From Cyanophora paradoxa CCMP329 (Eukaryota > Plantae > Glaucophyta), in contig QPMI01000461.1 of NCBI GenBank assembly GCA_004431415.1, positions 1-64,000 of the forward strand: 64,000 bases of DNA, written 5' to 3'. The position numbers and the translations under genes are program-made. The notes below the pieces were generated by a model. That model saw nothing but the letters and a program-made list of their open reading frames with translations. It made no database searches and was not told the origin of the DNA. Numbering within the stretch: the stretch's first letter is position 1; every line of letters starts with the position of its first letter. Of this stretch, positions 11,530 through 23,664 are shown in pieces.

Positions 11530-14021
11530 ATTAAATCGTATTTGAACAGCAGGTTCAGTGCAATACTGAAATTCAATTGTGATTTAAACGAAGATCACAC
11601 GTCTAAATATTGAGCACGCCTTCGAACAGGCGCTGGAATTCAGCATCCTCCAGGTCGTCGATTTTTGCTGATCACAATATCAGCATCGGAGTAAATAAAA
11701 ATGCATCCGAGGGGAACCGCCATACCTCGCAGTGTCGCAATTTCAGCTGACATTTACAAAGAATCGCGAACGAGGTGTAAACATAAATGTACCGCGACGT
11801 TCATAAAATCATCGGGGAGGAAAACCGCCGTACCACGAAGCGTCGTGACTTCATCTAAGATACCCATACTCAAGGCCGGAAATTGAATGTACCGCGAAGG
11901 AGTGAGATAGCGTACCACGAAGAGCTTTCTTCTGAGATTGGAGACCCGCATTCATAGCTGCAGTCATTATCAGTCACTCAGAAATCCCAATTCCGAGAAA
12001 ACGGCGAAGTGGAAACCGGTCAGCCGCTGCAGTTGCGCTTGGGGAGCTGCATTCACAGCTACACGCACGGGAAACGGTCAAATCGAGACCTAAATCGAAA
12101 AGCAGTCTAAAAAAACACCATTGGTCCGCTGCAGCTGGGCGACCAGGGAAGCATTCTCATTCTGGATGCCTGCAGACGTTTCAAACGAAGAATGAAAGAA
12201 GGCGCCCCGAGCAATTTGACCTTTCAGCCACTGCAGTTGGGCGACCAGGGAAGCATTCTCATTCTGGACGCCTGCAGACGTTTCAAGAGGAGACTGGAAG
12301 AAGGCGCCCCTGAGCGATTCGACCTTGCAGCCGCTGCAGTTGGGCGAGCAGGGAAGCATTCTCATTCTGGATGCCTGCAGACGTTTCGAACGAAGAATGA
12401 AAGAAGGCGCCCCTGAGCGATTTGACCTTGCAGCCGTTGCAGCTGGGCGAGCAGGGAAGCATTCTCATTCTGGACGCCTGCAGACGTTTCAAAAGAAGAA
12501 TGAACGAAGGCGCCCCTGAGCGATTTGACCTTGCAGCCGTTGCAGCTGGGCGAGCAGGGAAGCATTTTCATGCTGGACGCCTGCAGACGTTTCAAAAGAA
12601 GAATGAACGAAGGCGCCCCTGAGCGATTCGACCTTGCAGCCGTTGCAGCTGGGCGAGCAGGGAAGCATTCTCATTCTGGAGGCCTGCAGACGTTTCAAAA
12701 GAAGAATGAACGAAGGCGCCCCTGAGCGATTCGACCTTGCAGCCGCTGCAGCTGGGCGACCAGGAAAGCGTTTTCCTTGCAGCCGCTGCAGTCGGGGGCT
12801 GCAGCGGGGGATTACGCGCGGATACTAATTAACTGAAAGCAGTTATAGCTGAACGCAAAAAAGGCATTTACCGTCGACGCGCTCTTTCGCTTGTCGAAGT
12901 AAGGCGTTATCATCCTGAAGTGATTTCACCTGCTGCTGCAAGCATCGAATCTCCTCCGGATCCCGAAGTTCGGCATTCTGAGAACCGGTACCTGCGAGCC
13001 GGAATTCAACTTATCCGAGGGATAGATAGACTGTCTTTCATCGTGTCACCAGTGTGTTTGTGACAGCCTCCATAGGTTGAAGACCATTCCGACTGGAGAT
13101 TTGAGGCACCTTGCGCTGGGACGAATGAAATGGGAGGGAAAGGTTTGTTCGAAGCATCCTTTTCTTTTTGCATCGAAGGTGTCAGTGTCGGAGCGGATGC
13201 ATCTTTTCCACCGTCGACGCATTCAGACTTGCTCAGCTCCAGAGCAACACGTGCATCCTGCGATTATAATTAACAGCAGAACAGCCGGGTTGAAAAAGCA
13301 GAAGTAAAGCAAGCTCACCTCTTTATCACAGACGTCGAGGACAAACCTCCTGCTCGTCTCCGGATACTAAACGATAGCGGAAGTTTGCGAGAGCGATAGA
13401 TAGTGATAGCGAAAACTTTGCAGAAGTCAGCTTCAACCCCACCCTTTTTAAAATGACTTTGATAATCCCGATGCCTGTTTCCAATTCCCGAAAAGCGAAG
13501 GCCAGCCTCGTCTCGTCCACTTCGGCGCTGTCCCAGCCAGTCCCGAAGAATCTGAAATCCTCAGGTTTCTCGAACGCCTTACGCAAAAATTCCGTAGAAA
13601 GATCCTGGATTCCGGATTTGAGACCTTTTTGTCTTCTGTCTTTCTGCAAGGTTCCGTCCAGCTTCGCTGCGGTGGCTAGGTCGTCGATTTCGATCGCCCG
13701 AAGTGACGGCCACTGGATATCAAGAGTTTTACGAATCCTTTCGACGTGCTCCGTGCTGTTACTCCACACCCCGCAGTAGACGATGCTTGGATCAAACAGA
13801 GGCACCAAAGTTGCTCTGTGGTTGTCCGATGCGAGGAAGGTACTGTCAATGCATATCCGGAAATTGGGTGACGCGATTCCAAGGAACGATATTCCCTGCT
13901 CCTTCGGCGAACCGAAAAGCCACTTCGGACGAATGAAGAGCGGAGTGTTCTTCGAATCCAAAAGGAGGGCTCTGAACGTGTTCTCAACCTGTTGCACACT
14001 CAGCTGCAAGTCCACGTGCAT
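11530..14021 (-). CDS. Multi-exon hypothetical protein with tandemly duplicated coiled-coil exons; ends approximate
   Basis: 231-aa ORF 13326-14021 and, downstream, repeated 51-nt exons encoding GIQNENASLLAQLQRLQ; joining them into one gene is inferred. Confidence 0.4.
12129..12770 (-). repeat. Tandem array of ~6 units of 103 bp (51-nt exon plus 52-nt intron)
   Basis: Units start at 12129, 12231, 12334, 12437, 12540, 12643 and 12746. Confidence 0.9.
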
Positions 14022-14605
14022 TCACACAGCACAGGCACGGGCGCACATCTGCAAGTGCGTGGGCTCGAGTGAACAGCCTTTGCGTGTGCATTACTGCGGG
14101 AGCTTCTCGCTTCTCCCAAGTACCCGCTTGAGCTCGGAGTTGCAAGAGGTTTCGGCCGAGGTTTCGACCTGCGTGTGCCGCGCTGCGTTCAAATGGTTGA
14201 TTCCACGGATCTGCAGGTTTGCCTACCTCTACTTGTGAGAACCGGAGCTTTAAACCCGAGGTGCTCCGCTGCAGGGCGCTCCGGACGAGGTTTTGACCTG
14301 CGTATGCGGCAGTGCGTTCAAATGGTTGATTCCACGGTTCGGGCGGGTTTGCATACCTCTAAATTTGCGTACTGGAGCTTTCCTCGCGTCTTCGCTCCAA
14401 GTGTCCCCGGCGACTTTGCCCCGGCGACTTTGCCCGGGGGAACTACTTTGCCGGGGGGTACCCGTCCGACCACTGCACCAGCAAGGCTCCAAAAGCGGCA
14501 CCCAGCAGATTGAGTAGATCGAGTCTGGCGCTCATGATTTCATGCCTGCGCATGCCTGCGCGCAGTAGATCACGGTGCGCCTGCGCATTCCTGCGGATTT
14601 CGAAC

Positions 14606-15237
14606 ATGCAGCGCGGCGACGAAGCAGCAGCAAGCAGCAAGCAGCTCGCTTCCAAAGCTTCACGGAAGTCAGCAGCGACAGAGTCCCGACAGCCGACAGC
14701 AGAGCAGATCGCAGAGTCGGAAGCGCTGATTGCTCTATTCACGCCGCGACCGCGGCTCGAGAACGAGGGCAGCTCTATCGAGGTTCGCGTTCTCGGTGAC
14801 TGCCGGCCTTCCCCGCTACGCGTCACTTCAATGACAGGTCCAACCCGGTTGCATCTTCGCCTCGCAACAGCCCTAATCGCAACAGCGCAGGGCCTGTGCG
14901 AGTCACGATAGATATTTCAAACTTTCGAATGTCGTGGCAGAGAGTTCTTCGGGCCCGTGCGTACATGGACCTGAACTGTCATGCGTACGTAATCGATTTC
15001 CGCACTTTGGATCTGTATCGGTATGACCCAGCTAGCCGGTGCTTCGAGCCGCTGGTGCAAGCGATCTTTGCTTCTTACCTCGATTTCTGATCCGGTATTC
15101 GCGAATTCACGCGAACATGTGCACAGGCGTCGAGTCCGCTGGGGCCATTCGCGGATGACCTGGTCTACGTGGCGAGGAATTCGGTAATACCGGATGTCGA
15201 GCACGCGCCCTTCCTGGCGACCGTTTCCGGATCCTAG
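14606..15237 (+). CDS. H3-tail-mimic / putative ubiquitin-like domain protein, copy C
   Basis: KQLASKASRKSAAT versus H3 K18-QLATKAARKSAPAT; family core and two introns. Confidence 0.7.
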
Positions 15238-15564
15238 CCAGTGCCAAGGCCCTAGCGGCCCGACAGCTGCATCTTATTGGAATTCATGGCCGCCGACGCC
15301 ATGCACGATATTTGAACAGGGAATGCTGTACTTCGTTTTGTCAATTCGAATTTTCGTCGCGATTTAATGTATCGGCATTGATTTCGCGAAGGTCGCGAAG
15401 CGCTTCATCCACGGACGGATGAAGAGGATCGCGAACGCGGAAACCACCATCACAGAGCTGAATCGCGAACGAAGTCACGGTCAGTATGCCCAGGGGGTAA
15501 TCCCACCGGGGGGTAAACATTAAGGCATTGGGGTTAACGTTGCGGCCGCGCATCTCTAGAAGCA

Positions 15565-16205
15565 ATGTCAAGCAAAGCTCCCCGCAAAGTTCTCGGCACT
15601 AGACCCAGACCAAAGAAAGCACCGCCTACTTCACGATTCGTACCCGATCCAGAGCCAACAGCGGAGCAGGTCGCAGAGTCGGAAGCGCTGATTGCTCTAT
15701 ACACGCCGCGACGTTTACCGCGGCTCGAGAACGAGCTCGAGGGCAGCTCTGTCGAGGTGCGCGTTCTCGGGGACTGCCGCCCTTCTCGGCCACGCGTCAC
15801 TGAAATGACAGGTGCACATGTGTCCGGTTCATCGTTGCTCTGCCAGTGCGCCCTAATTGCAACCGCGCAGGGCCTGTGCGAATCAAGCTGTATGTTTCAA
15901 AGACGTGGGAGAAAGATCTTCTGGCCCAAGCGTACCGGGAATTGCGCTGCACACCGGTGCCCATTGATCGCCGCGAGCTGTCGCTCTATCGGTACGACCC
16001 AGCTAGCCGGTGCTTCGAGCCGCTGGTGCAAGCGATCTTTGCTTCTTACCTCGATTTCTGATGCGGCATTCCCGAATTCACGCGTGCATGTGCACAGGCG
16101 TCGAGTCCAGGGCCATCCCCGGATGACCTGTTCTACGTGGCAATGAAGGAAATCATCCCGGAAGTCGAGCATGCACCCTTCCTGGCAACCGTTACAGGAT
16201 CCTAG
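15565..16205 (+). CDS. H3-tail-mimic / putative ubiquitin-like domain protein, copy D
   Basis: MSSKAPRKVLGT; spliced core VEVRVLGDCRP..MTG|PVRIKLYVSKTWEKDLLAQAYREL...LSLYRYDPASRCFEPL|ASSPGPSPDDLFYVA. Confidence 0.7.
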
Positions 16206-16923
16206 CCAGTGTCAAGGCCCCTAGCGGTCCGACAGCTGCATCTTATTCGAATTGCACGCCGGCGCCATGCACGCTAGCGGTGGCCGCCGGCGCCATGCAA
16301 GCTAGCCGAACAGAGATTCTTGTGCACAGAGATTGGTAGCAGTATTGTCTTCTCGAATTCGAATTCAGAGCGCCTTGGGGCATGGCTGCCGCGGCCGCGA
16401 TCGCATAAATCGAAGAGTTGGAATTCTCCAGAGAACTATGTATGCGAAAACCATCGAAGAGTTAAAGTTTCCGAATACAATTACGTGCCCCCCCTGCCCG
16501 GCCCCGTTGAGGTTGGTTCCGAGGTTGAGGTGCTCAAGCTTCAGCTGCAGTATACTATTGCGTGCTTGTTCAAAGGTACATGCAAGATGTCAAAAGTCAT
16601 GCAAAATGTGCTTGCGTGCTTGTTCAGTGGCCTGCTTTTCTTTCAGGCGCTTGGAAATGTCCCTAAAGAACTCGAGGTCGCTGTTGCTGAGGCAGAGTCC
16701 GCAGAGGTCGCGAAGCGCTTCATCCACGGACGGATGAAGAGGATCGCAAACGCGGAAACCACCATCACAGAGCTGAAACATGCGCAGCGGGCTCTTCACC
16801 ACTTGAAAACCTTCGAGGGTGACCATACAGATGTCCTCCCAGAGTCCCCTGTGCTCATGATCACTGGCTCTGTGAAAGCAAAATTTCTCGGGGTAAATTA
16901 AAACAGAAGGCCATGCGCACTGT

Positions 16924-17478
16924 TCAGGTCCAGATTCCCCTCCCCTCCGACGGCAGAGATTCAATCAGGGTGGTGCAGTAATTCGTGTCCTCACCTTCTC
17001 CTTCGCGATCGCTGTCCTCGCCCGACTGGGGGAGGATGTCGAAGGCCCGCGACTGCCGGTGGAGCTTGGCAATCCGAAGCGCCAAATTAGCGAAGGGCCG
17101 AACGTCCATAGGGAGTTCGTGCAAAGTGCTGGCACTTTCGATACCCAGGATGATGGCGCATATGCACAGTGGGGATGATGGGTTCTCGACACAGGTACGA
17201 CACGGAACCTCCTTTGGCCGCTCTTCCACTTCTTCGTCGTCGCTGAGAGCTCTTGCGTCGTTCTTGGCGGCTGCAGCCCGCTCCTCAGCCTTCCGCAGAC
17301 GTCGATGAATCTCCGCCACCGCTTCCGCTGACGCTTGCTTCTCGAGCTGCCGCCGCGACGCCTCATCTCGCGCACGTTTCTCCGCACGCGCCGGGCCGCT
17401 TTCCTCCGTCTCAAGCTCATAATCAACCTCCTGTTCGCTCTCTTCGAGTTTGCGTTTCGTCTCCTCGTGTGCATTCAT
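16924..17478 (-). CDS. Acidic coiled-coil protein with a small Cys cluster
   Basis: 184-aa ORF, E/R-rich helix, CRTC...CICA; N-terminus paralogous to the gene starting at 20969. Confidence 0.5.
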   Translation of the reverse strand: MNAHEETKRKLEESEQEVDYELETEESGPARAEKRARDEASRRQLEKQASAEAVAEIHRRLRKAEERAAAAKNDARALSDDEEVEERPKEVPCRTCVENPSSPLCICAIILGIESASTLHELPMDVRPFANLALRIAKLHRQSRAFDILPQSGEDSDREGEGEDTNYCTTLIESLPSEGRGIWT

Positions 17479-17481
17479 CCC

Positions 17482-17795
17482 TGAGAGACGCTACTGTCAA
17501 GGGAGGCCGCACGGACGCACGCGCAAGGCCGCTATATATGGGTGCGCATGCGGAAAGAAGGCATCCGGCGCACCTTTTCGAGCGCCACGTGCCACGCTTC
17601 CACGCCGACAGCACTTTGACCGCTTGCCCCGCCGACAGCACTTCGGACGCTAGCAGAACACAGCTCCAGATCCGGCGCTCCGGAAACCGCGACAGTGCTC
17701 CGGCGACTTTGCCCGGCGACTTTGCCCCGGCGGCTTTGCCCGGGGGGAACTTCCTGCCGGGGGTACTCGTTCGACCACGCACCAGCAAGGCTCCA
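17482..17795. promoter_or_regulatory. Repeated ~310-bp intergenic cassette, copy 1 (putative bidirectional promoter)
   Basis: Near-identical to 20972-21290 and 23665-23970; contains CGGCGACTTTGCCC repeats; lies between divergent ATGs. Confidence 0.6.
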
Positions 17796-17840
17796 AAGAC
17801 GGCGGCGCTCGGTTCGCTCGCTGTCGGACTGCGTTCCAGA

Positions 17841-18470
17841 ATGCAGAAAGTACCTCGAAAACAGCTCGCTACCAAAGCTGCAAGGAAGTCAGGAGTGACA
17901 GCGGGACAGCTGCGCATGCCGCCGACAGCAGAGCAGATCGCAGAGTCGGAAGTGCTGATTGCTCTATACGCGCCACGACCGCGGCTCGTGCACGGGGGCA
18001 GCTCAGTCGAGGTGCGGGTTCTCGGTGACTGCCGGCCTTCCCCGCTACGCGTCACTGAAAAGACGGGTGCACACGTGCAATTGCAACCCGGCATCGTTGC
18101 CCCTGATTGTGTGCCCTGATCTCAACAGGCAGGGCCAGTGCGCGTCAGGATAGATGTTTCTATGTCGTGGCAGACAGACCTTCTGATCCAGGCTTACTTC
18201 GACCTGGACTGCGAATGCAACTCTGTAGGCAATGTTAGCGGGCTTGCGCTCTATTGGTACGATCCAGAAAGCCGTTGCTTCGAGCCGCCGGTGCAAGCGA
18301 TCTTTGCTTCTTACCTTGATTTCTGATGCGGCATTCCCGAATTCACGCGTGCATGTGCACAGGCGTCGAGTACAGGGCCATTCCCGGATGATTTGTTCTA
18401 CGTCGCGAGGCATGAGGTGGTCCCGAAAATCGAGCACGTGCCCTTCCTGGCGACCGTTTCCGGATCCTAG
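17841..18470 (+). CDS. H3-tail-mimic / putative ubiquitin-like domain protein, copy E
   Basis: MQKVPRKQLATKAARKSG matches H3 K14-S28 at 14 of 15 residues; family core follows. Confidence 0.8.
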
Positions 18471-19375
18471 CCAGTGCAAATCCCCTAGGACCTAGTACGG
18501 GTCCGCAGCTGCATCTTATTCGTGGTCGCCGACGCCATGCGCACTAGCCAAACACAGATTCTTCTGCACAGAGATTGCTGTATTGTTTTCTCGAATTCGA
18601 ATTCTGAGTAGCAGGAGACGTGAACTATATAGTAGTCATGCTGGTCGCATTCGTCTCGGATCCAAGTCGAAGCCGGCGCCGTAGTGCAGCACGAATTTTG
18701 GAAATCCGAAACTTTACACAACGATTCAAATATATTTAACACATCATATTACACAACAAATCTACGACACGAACAGGATACCACTACGTATACACTCGGG
18801 CTACCAAGCCTTACCTAAGTTCTACATTACAAATTCTACCTGTACCGTTTCCTAGGAGCCTTACCTCCGCGGCCGGATCTTTAACAAGCTGCATGTCTGC
18901 GTGCATATGTACCTGACCTTCTGATTGCTATAACTATTCTAGCAATAGAGTTTTGGGGAGGCAAGGAAATGCTTAAGTCCGGATGGTAATAGTCTATTGG
19001 AAAGATATACCGTCTGTAAGCTTCGCTCTAGATCTGTTCGCTGGCTATATTTATCGAGATTCCTGGTAGTGTACGTACTGCATAAGAGGGAACAGCGAAT
19101 AGAAACCCTGCGTATACATTCAATTAATTCATGTGTTGATTAACGTGCAATGGTTTTTACCTGCATGCGACACCAACATGTGCTTCTCGTCTTGTGCTGG
19201 TGCACGTGGAGCAGTTCTTGACGAGAGAGCTGTGTAATTCAAACTACTTTGTTTCAAGGCTCTCGAAGAACTTGGGATTGCGCTCTCGCATTTCGCAAAC
19301 TGCAAGTGCATTTCGCAGAGATTATAAGGATTAGCAGAACGGACTCAATAACATATGTATGTGTGCGCACGATTT

Positions 19376-19607
19376 AGCTGGAAACTCAATCAATACCCTG
19401 GATCCGAATATACCGGTATCGATGCCGAACACATCACTGCGCGCGATATTTAGATCTTGAGTGTACCATGCACAAGAATGTCACGATGGGTTTTCTGTGC
19501 TGCCTTCACATAAGCCATGCCAGCTGCAGACGCTCGCGATTGAGCTGGAAACTCAATCAATACCCTGGATCCGAATATACCGGTATCGATGCCGAACACA
19601 TCACTGC
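19376..19607. repeat. 65-bp direct repeat
   Basis: AGCTGGAAACTCAATCAATACCCTGG...CACATCACTGC at 19376-19440 and 19543-19607. Confidence 0.85.
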
Positions 19608-19978
19608 AAGTGACACATAGCTAATCCCGGATACCCTCGCACCAGGAATCCATTTGGACACTTTCACCCTGGTTCGAACATCTTGGCGAGCTTGGTTCTG
19701 GTTTGGTTTTTGATCTGTTTCTCCTCAATTCTGGTTTGACCGCAAAACTGCATGTGCATGCACCTGTCATCGAAGATGCCGGTTGTCGACTTGTCGGCTC
19801 CCTTGTGGGCAGCGGCAACCCATGAATGTACGCGTGGAGAGCTTCATGTAGCTCAGCGATGGCGCTTTCTCGCCTAAAGCGCGCGCCTGCCATTTGAGCG
19901 TCGTCAACTGCTAATGTCGACTCCGGCGATAGGCGAGGCGGAGGCGTGCACTATTTAATTGAAGTCAGGGTTTCAGAG

Positions 19979-20969
19979 CTACTGAGGTAGCGCATTACAT
20001 GTCGGCGCCGTAGTGCATAACGAGTGCCTGCCCTGATTGATTTCACAGGAAGGGGCCGTAGATGTGCTCCATGAAGGTGTTAAACCGTTGGAAAATCTTG
20101 TTGTAGGGTGGCAACTCGCCGCAAACGAACTTGAGGGGGTCCACGAGCCAGGGTACCTGGGTTGCAGATGGGCGGGGTCGAGGAAAGGGAGGGCGCTAGC
20201 TGGCCATGGCCGTGCCGCACCTCGGGCGACATGGTCATCGTGAGCAGCCCACGCTTGCGAAGGTCCGACATAGTAGCATAGACGAGGGCCGACTCTGCGT
20301 TCTCCTCTGGGAACGGGTGCAGCGTGGTCTCGCCGACGAGGTGGATGTGCGCAACCTTCTCGACGAGGATATCCTGCAGCGATGCCGGAATGTCCTCGAG
20401 GCGGGCGCTGCGGGCTGCACTTAGTGCACGAGGCGGCGCTCGGGAGCCGCGCGCACTTCTCAAGCCGCAATGCGACCGTGCGGGGCTGGTGGGCACGCAG
20501 GGTGGCCTCGATGATGGCCAGCCCCTCTGCCGGCAGCCGCTGCTTGGGCTTGAAGGTGCTCTGCTCCGGGTCCTGTGCCAATGGCAAGCCGGCTGGTCTG
20601 AGAAAACGAGCAAGAGGGCGCCGGCGGGCGGGCCGCACGACGATGCAGGCGGGGCTGGAGATTTCGAGAGTGACCACGGGCATCTCCTGCGCGCGTGGTT
20701 TAAATTTGTGGCCGAGCGAGCAAAGAATTCGAAGCGCGAGCGAGCAGACGCACGCTGGATGTAGCGATATGAAGTGTGACCGCGCGTACTTCATCCTTTG
20801 CGTCCTTCGCATCATACGCATCTCCGGCACGCGGGCGCTTAATAGCGCTCATGCGACTTCGCTCCGGAAAGTTCGCCCCGGCGTCTTGGAAAGTCTCCAG
20901 CTGGCGTTTCTCCGCACGCTCCTGGCCGCTCTCTTCGAACTCGCGTTTCGTCTCCTCGTGTGCATCCAT
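19979..20969 (-). CDS. Multi-exon hypothetical protein
   Basis: Starts MDAHEETKREFEES (paralogous to the gene starting at 17478); exons include MPVVTLEISSP, STFKPKQRLPAEGLAIIEATL and LEDIPASLQDILVEKVAHIHL. Confidence 0.45.
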
Positions 20970-20971
20970 CC

Positions 20972-21290
20972 CTGAGAGACGCATCTGTCAAGGGAGGCCG
21001 CACGGACGCACGCGCAGCTTAACCCCGCCATGGCCATGGATGCGGAAAGAAGGCATCCGGCGCACCTTTTCGAGCGCCACGTGCCACGCTTCCACGCCGA
21101 CAGCACTTTGACCGCTTGCCACGCCGACAGCACTTCGGACGCTAGCAGAACACAGCTCCAGATCCGGCGCTCCGGAAACCGCGACTTCGCCCCGGCAAGT
21201 TTGCCCCGGCGACTTTGCCCCGGCGACTTTGCCCGGGGGAACTACGCGCAGGGGGGTACCCGTCCGACCACCACACTAGCAAGGCTCCAA
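20972..21290. promoter_or_regulatory. Repeated intergenic cassette, copy 2
   Basis: Near-identical to 17482-17795 and 23665-23970. Confidence 0.6.
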
Positions 21291-21468
21291 CGGCGGCACC
21301 CGGCGGTCGGAGAACTAGCTAGAGCACGCGATCTAGCTAGCTAGAGGCTTTAGCACCGCCGGCTACCTCGGCGGCGCTCGGTCTGAGCGTTCGGTACGCG
21401 GCCATCGGTCTCGAGCTCGAGACCACCAACTTGGCGCTCGTAGTTCGTTTGTAAAGTAGCTGAGATCG

Positions 21469-22117
21469 ATGCTTACCGCATGGGGAAAACGTATTCGAAA
21501 ACAGCTCGTTACTTCACGGAAGCCGCGGTCGGCGCCACCAGTACCAGAGCCAACAGAAGAGCAGGTCGCCGAGTCGGAAGCGCTGATTGCTCTGTACGCG
21601 CCGCGATCGCGGCTCGAGAACGCGGGCAGCTCTGTCGAGGTGCGCGTTCTCGGGGACTGCCGGCCCTTCCGGTGGGCATCACTGATATGACAGGTGCGAC
21701 CACGGTTGCATCGATGCCTTAAGCTTGTGCCCTAATCTAAACAGCGCAGGGCCTGTTAGATTGAAGATCTATGTTTCAGAGACGTGGCAGACAGATCTTC
21801 TGGAGGCTGCGTACCGTGAACTCGTCCGCAGCACATACCACGCGCACCCTGATGCGCTGATGATGTATCGATACGACCCAGCAAGTCGGTGCTTCATTTA
21901 CCTCGAGTTCTTTGCCGAGTACTTCGAGCCGGTGCAAGATATCTTTCCGTCTTCCCTCGATTTCTGATCATGATGCGGCATTCGCGAATTCACGCTTGCG
22001 CGTGCACAGAGGTCGAGTCCAGGGCCATCCCCGGATGATCTGTACTACGTCGCGAGGGATTCGGTGATCCCAGAAGTCGAGCACGCGCCCTTCCTGGCGA
22101 CCGTTTTCGGATCCTAG
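21469..22117 (+). CDS. H3-tail-mimic / putative ubiquitin-like domain protein, copy F (possibly frameshifted)
   Basis: GKRIRKQLVTSRKPRSAP followed by the family core; the frame breaks near 21665-21690. Confidence 0.55.
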
Positions 22118-22509
22118 CTATTGCCCGTTTCAAGGCCCCTAGCGGCCCGACAGCTGCATCTTATTCGAAGTCGTGGCCGCCGGCGCCATGCACGCTATAG
22201 CTAGCCGCTGAGCGGAACAGAGATTCGAATTCGTCTGCGCAGAGATTGCTGTATTTTTCTTAATTCGAATCCTTTGCCGCAAATGAGCGTATCGGCCTTG
22301 GGACAACGCTGCCGCGGAGCGCTAGCGGTCGCATAAATCGAAGAGTTCGAATTCTCTAGAGAGCCATGTATGCGAAAACCACTAGAGAATATACATGCTG
22401 GTCGAATTCGTATTCGAGACGAAGCCGGCGCCGTACGCGTAGTGCATCAGGAATAATGAAGCTAGCTAGCACTATACGTCGCCATTGAGCGGATGTTTTC
22501 CAGAGCAAT

Positions 22510-23587
22510 CATGGCTCGCATTCGCGACAGGTAGTTCGAGGCCTGCGCTCGTTCTCCGGATCCCCGCGGGAACTGGTCGCCCGCGAGGTAGAAGAAATCA
22601 CCCGGTGATGGTCCCTGAGGTTTCGATGTCTGTGCACATGCACGCGCACGCGTGAATTCGCGGATCCGGAAGCCGCATCAGAAATCATCGTCAGACGCAA
22701 AGAAAGCTTGCACCGGCCGCTCGAATCCACTGGTTTCTGGGTTGAACCAATACAGCGCTACATTGTTTTTCGGTACGAGAAACTCGCTGCACGCCCGCGC
22801 CAGCAGCGCGTCCGGCCACGACCCCGAATCCGGATCATTGACTTGCACAAGATCTGCACAGGCCCATTAATTCTGTAAGAAATGTCTCTGAAACGGGATA
22901 AATGGGCACCTGACATAATTCTCCAATCGTCCGCTACAACATGCACCGCTACGGAGCTGTTTCCTTCATTAATATTCTCGACTGGTGGCGTCGCGCGCAG
23001 ACAAAGGAGTCCGCGCGTGTCGAGCGGTGGCGGCACGAGCGAAGTTATATCTAGAGCATCGCTGTTCTGCGTCGCTGCCGTCGCTGGTGCCTTTGAGAAA
23101 CGGGCGGCCAATCTTGCCAGGTATCGTGCGGGCTCCGCTCCCGGCGGAAATTGGTCGCCCGTGAGGTAGAAGAGATCGCCTGGAGATGGTCCCTGTGGTT
23201 TCGATGTCTGTGCGCATGCACGCGCACGCGTGAATTCGCGGAAGCCGCATCAGAAATCATCGTCAGACGCAAGGAACTTTCGCACCGGCCGCTCGAATCC
23301 ATTGGTTTCTGGGTTGTACCAATACAGCGCTACATTGGATTTGGGCACGAAATACTCACGGCACACATCGGCCACTAACGCTTCCGGCCACGACTCCGAA
23401 ACATTGATCGTGAATCGCACAGCCATGCCTCGCACAGGAACTGCACAGGGGTTTTCTATGGTATGGCATCCTGGTCGCAAAAGCGACAAGTACCTTGCGT
23501 CTCTTCAGGGTCCTGGATGCCCCACGGGTAGTACCGCAAGTCCGCGAAAACGCTCACCTCGACGGAGCGGTTTGGCTCCGCCGACAT
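22510..23587 (-). CDS. Diverged paralogue with two tandem copies of the family domain and no H3 tail, copy G
   Basis: MSAEPNRSVEVSVFADLRY...VRFTINVSESWPEALVADVCREY...VALYWYNPETNGFERP, with a second copy NSSVAVHVVADD...NVALYWFNPETSGFERP; same intron positions. Confidence 0.55.
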
Positions 23588-23664
23588 CGCAGTAGCGATC
23601 GCCGAGACCGCCGCGCCTGAAGAAGCAGCCGACTGCCTACTCCGCTGTCGGAGCTGCCCCGCGC

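Noticed and set aside
12129-12770. Possible CRISPR array
   Set aside because: Whole units repeat with no unique spacers, there are no cas genes, and exon-intron structure explains it
15087-15090. Conserved in-frame TGA after YLDF in several family copies (possible selenocysteine or readthrough)
   Set aside because: It lies within a GT...CAG segment best read as intron 2, and splicing restores the frame
16320-16901. 193-aa plus-strand ORF, partly duplicated at ~15390-15465
   Set aside because: Its 5' part is the repeated 3' flank of the H3-mimic genes and no coherent gene model could be built
10751-18470. True histone H3 genes or variants
   Set aside because: Only tail fragments are present; no histone-fold sequence follows
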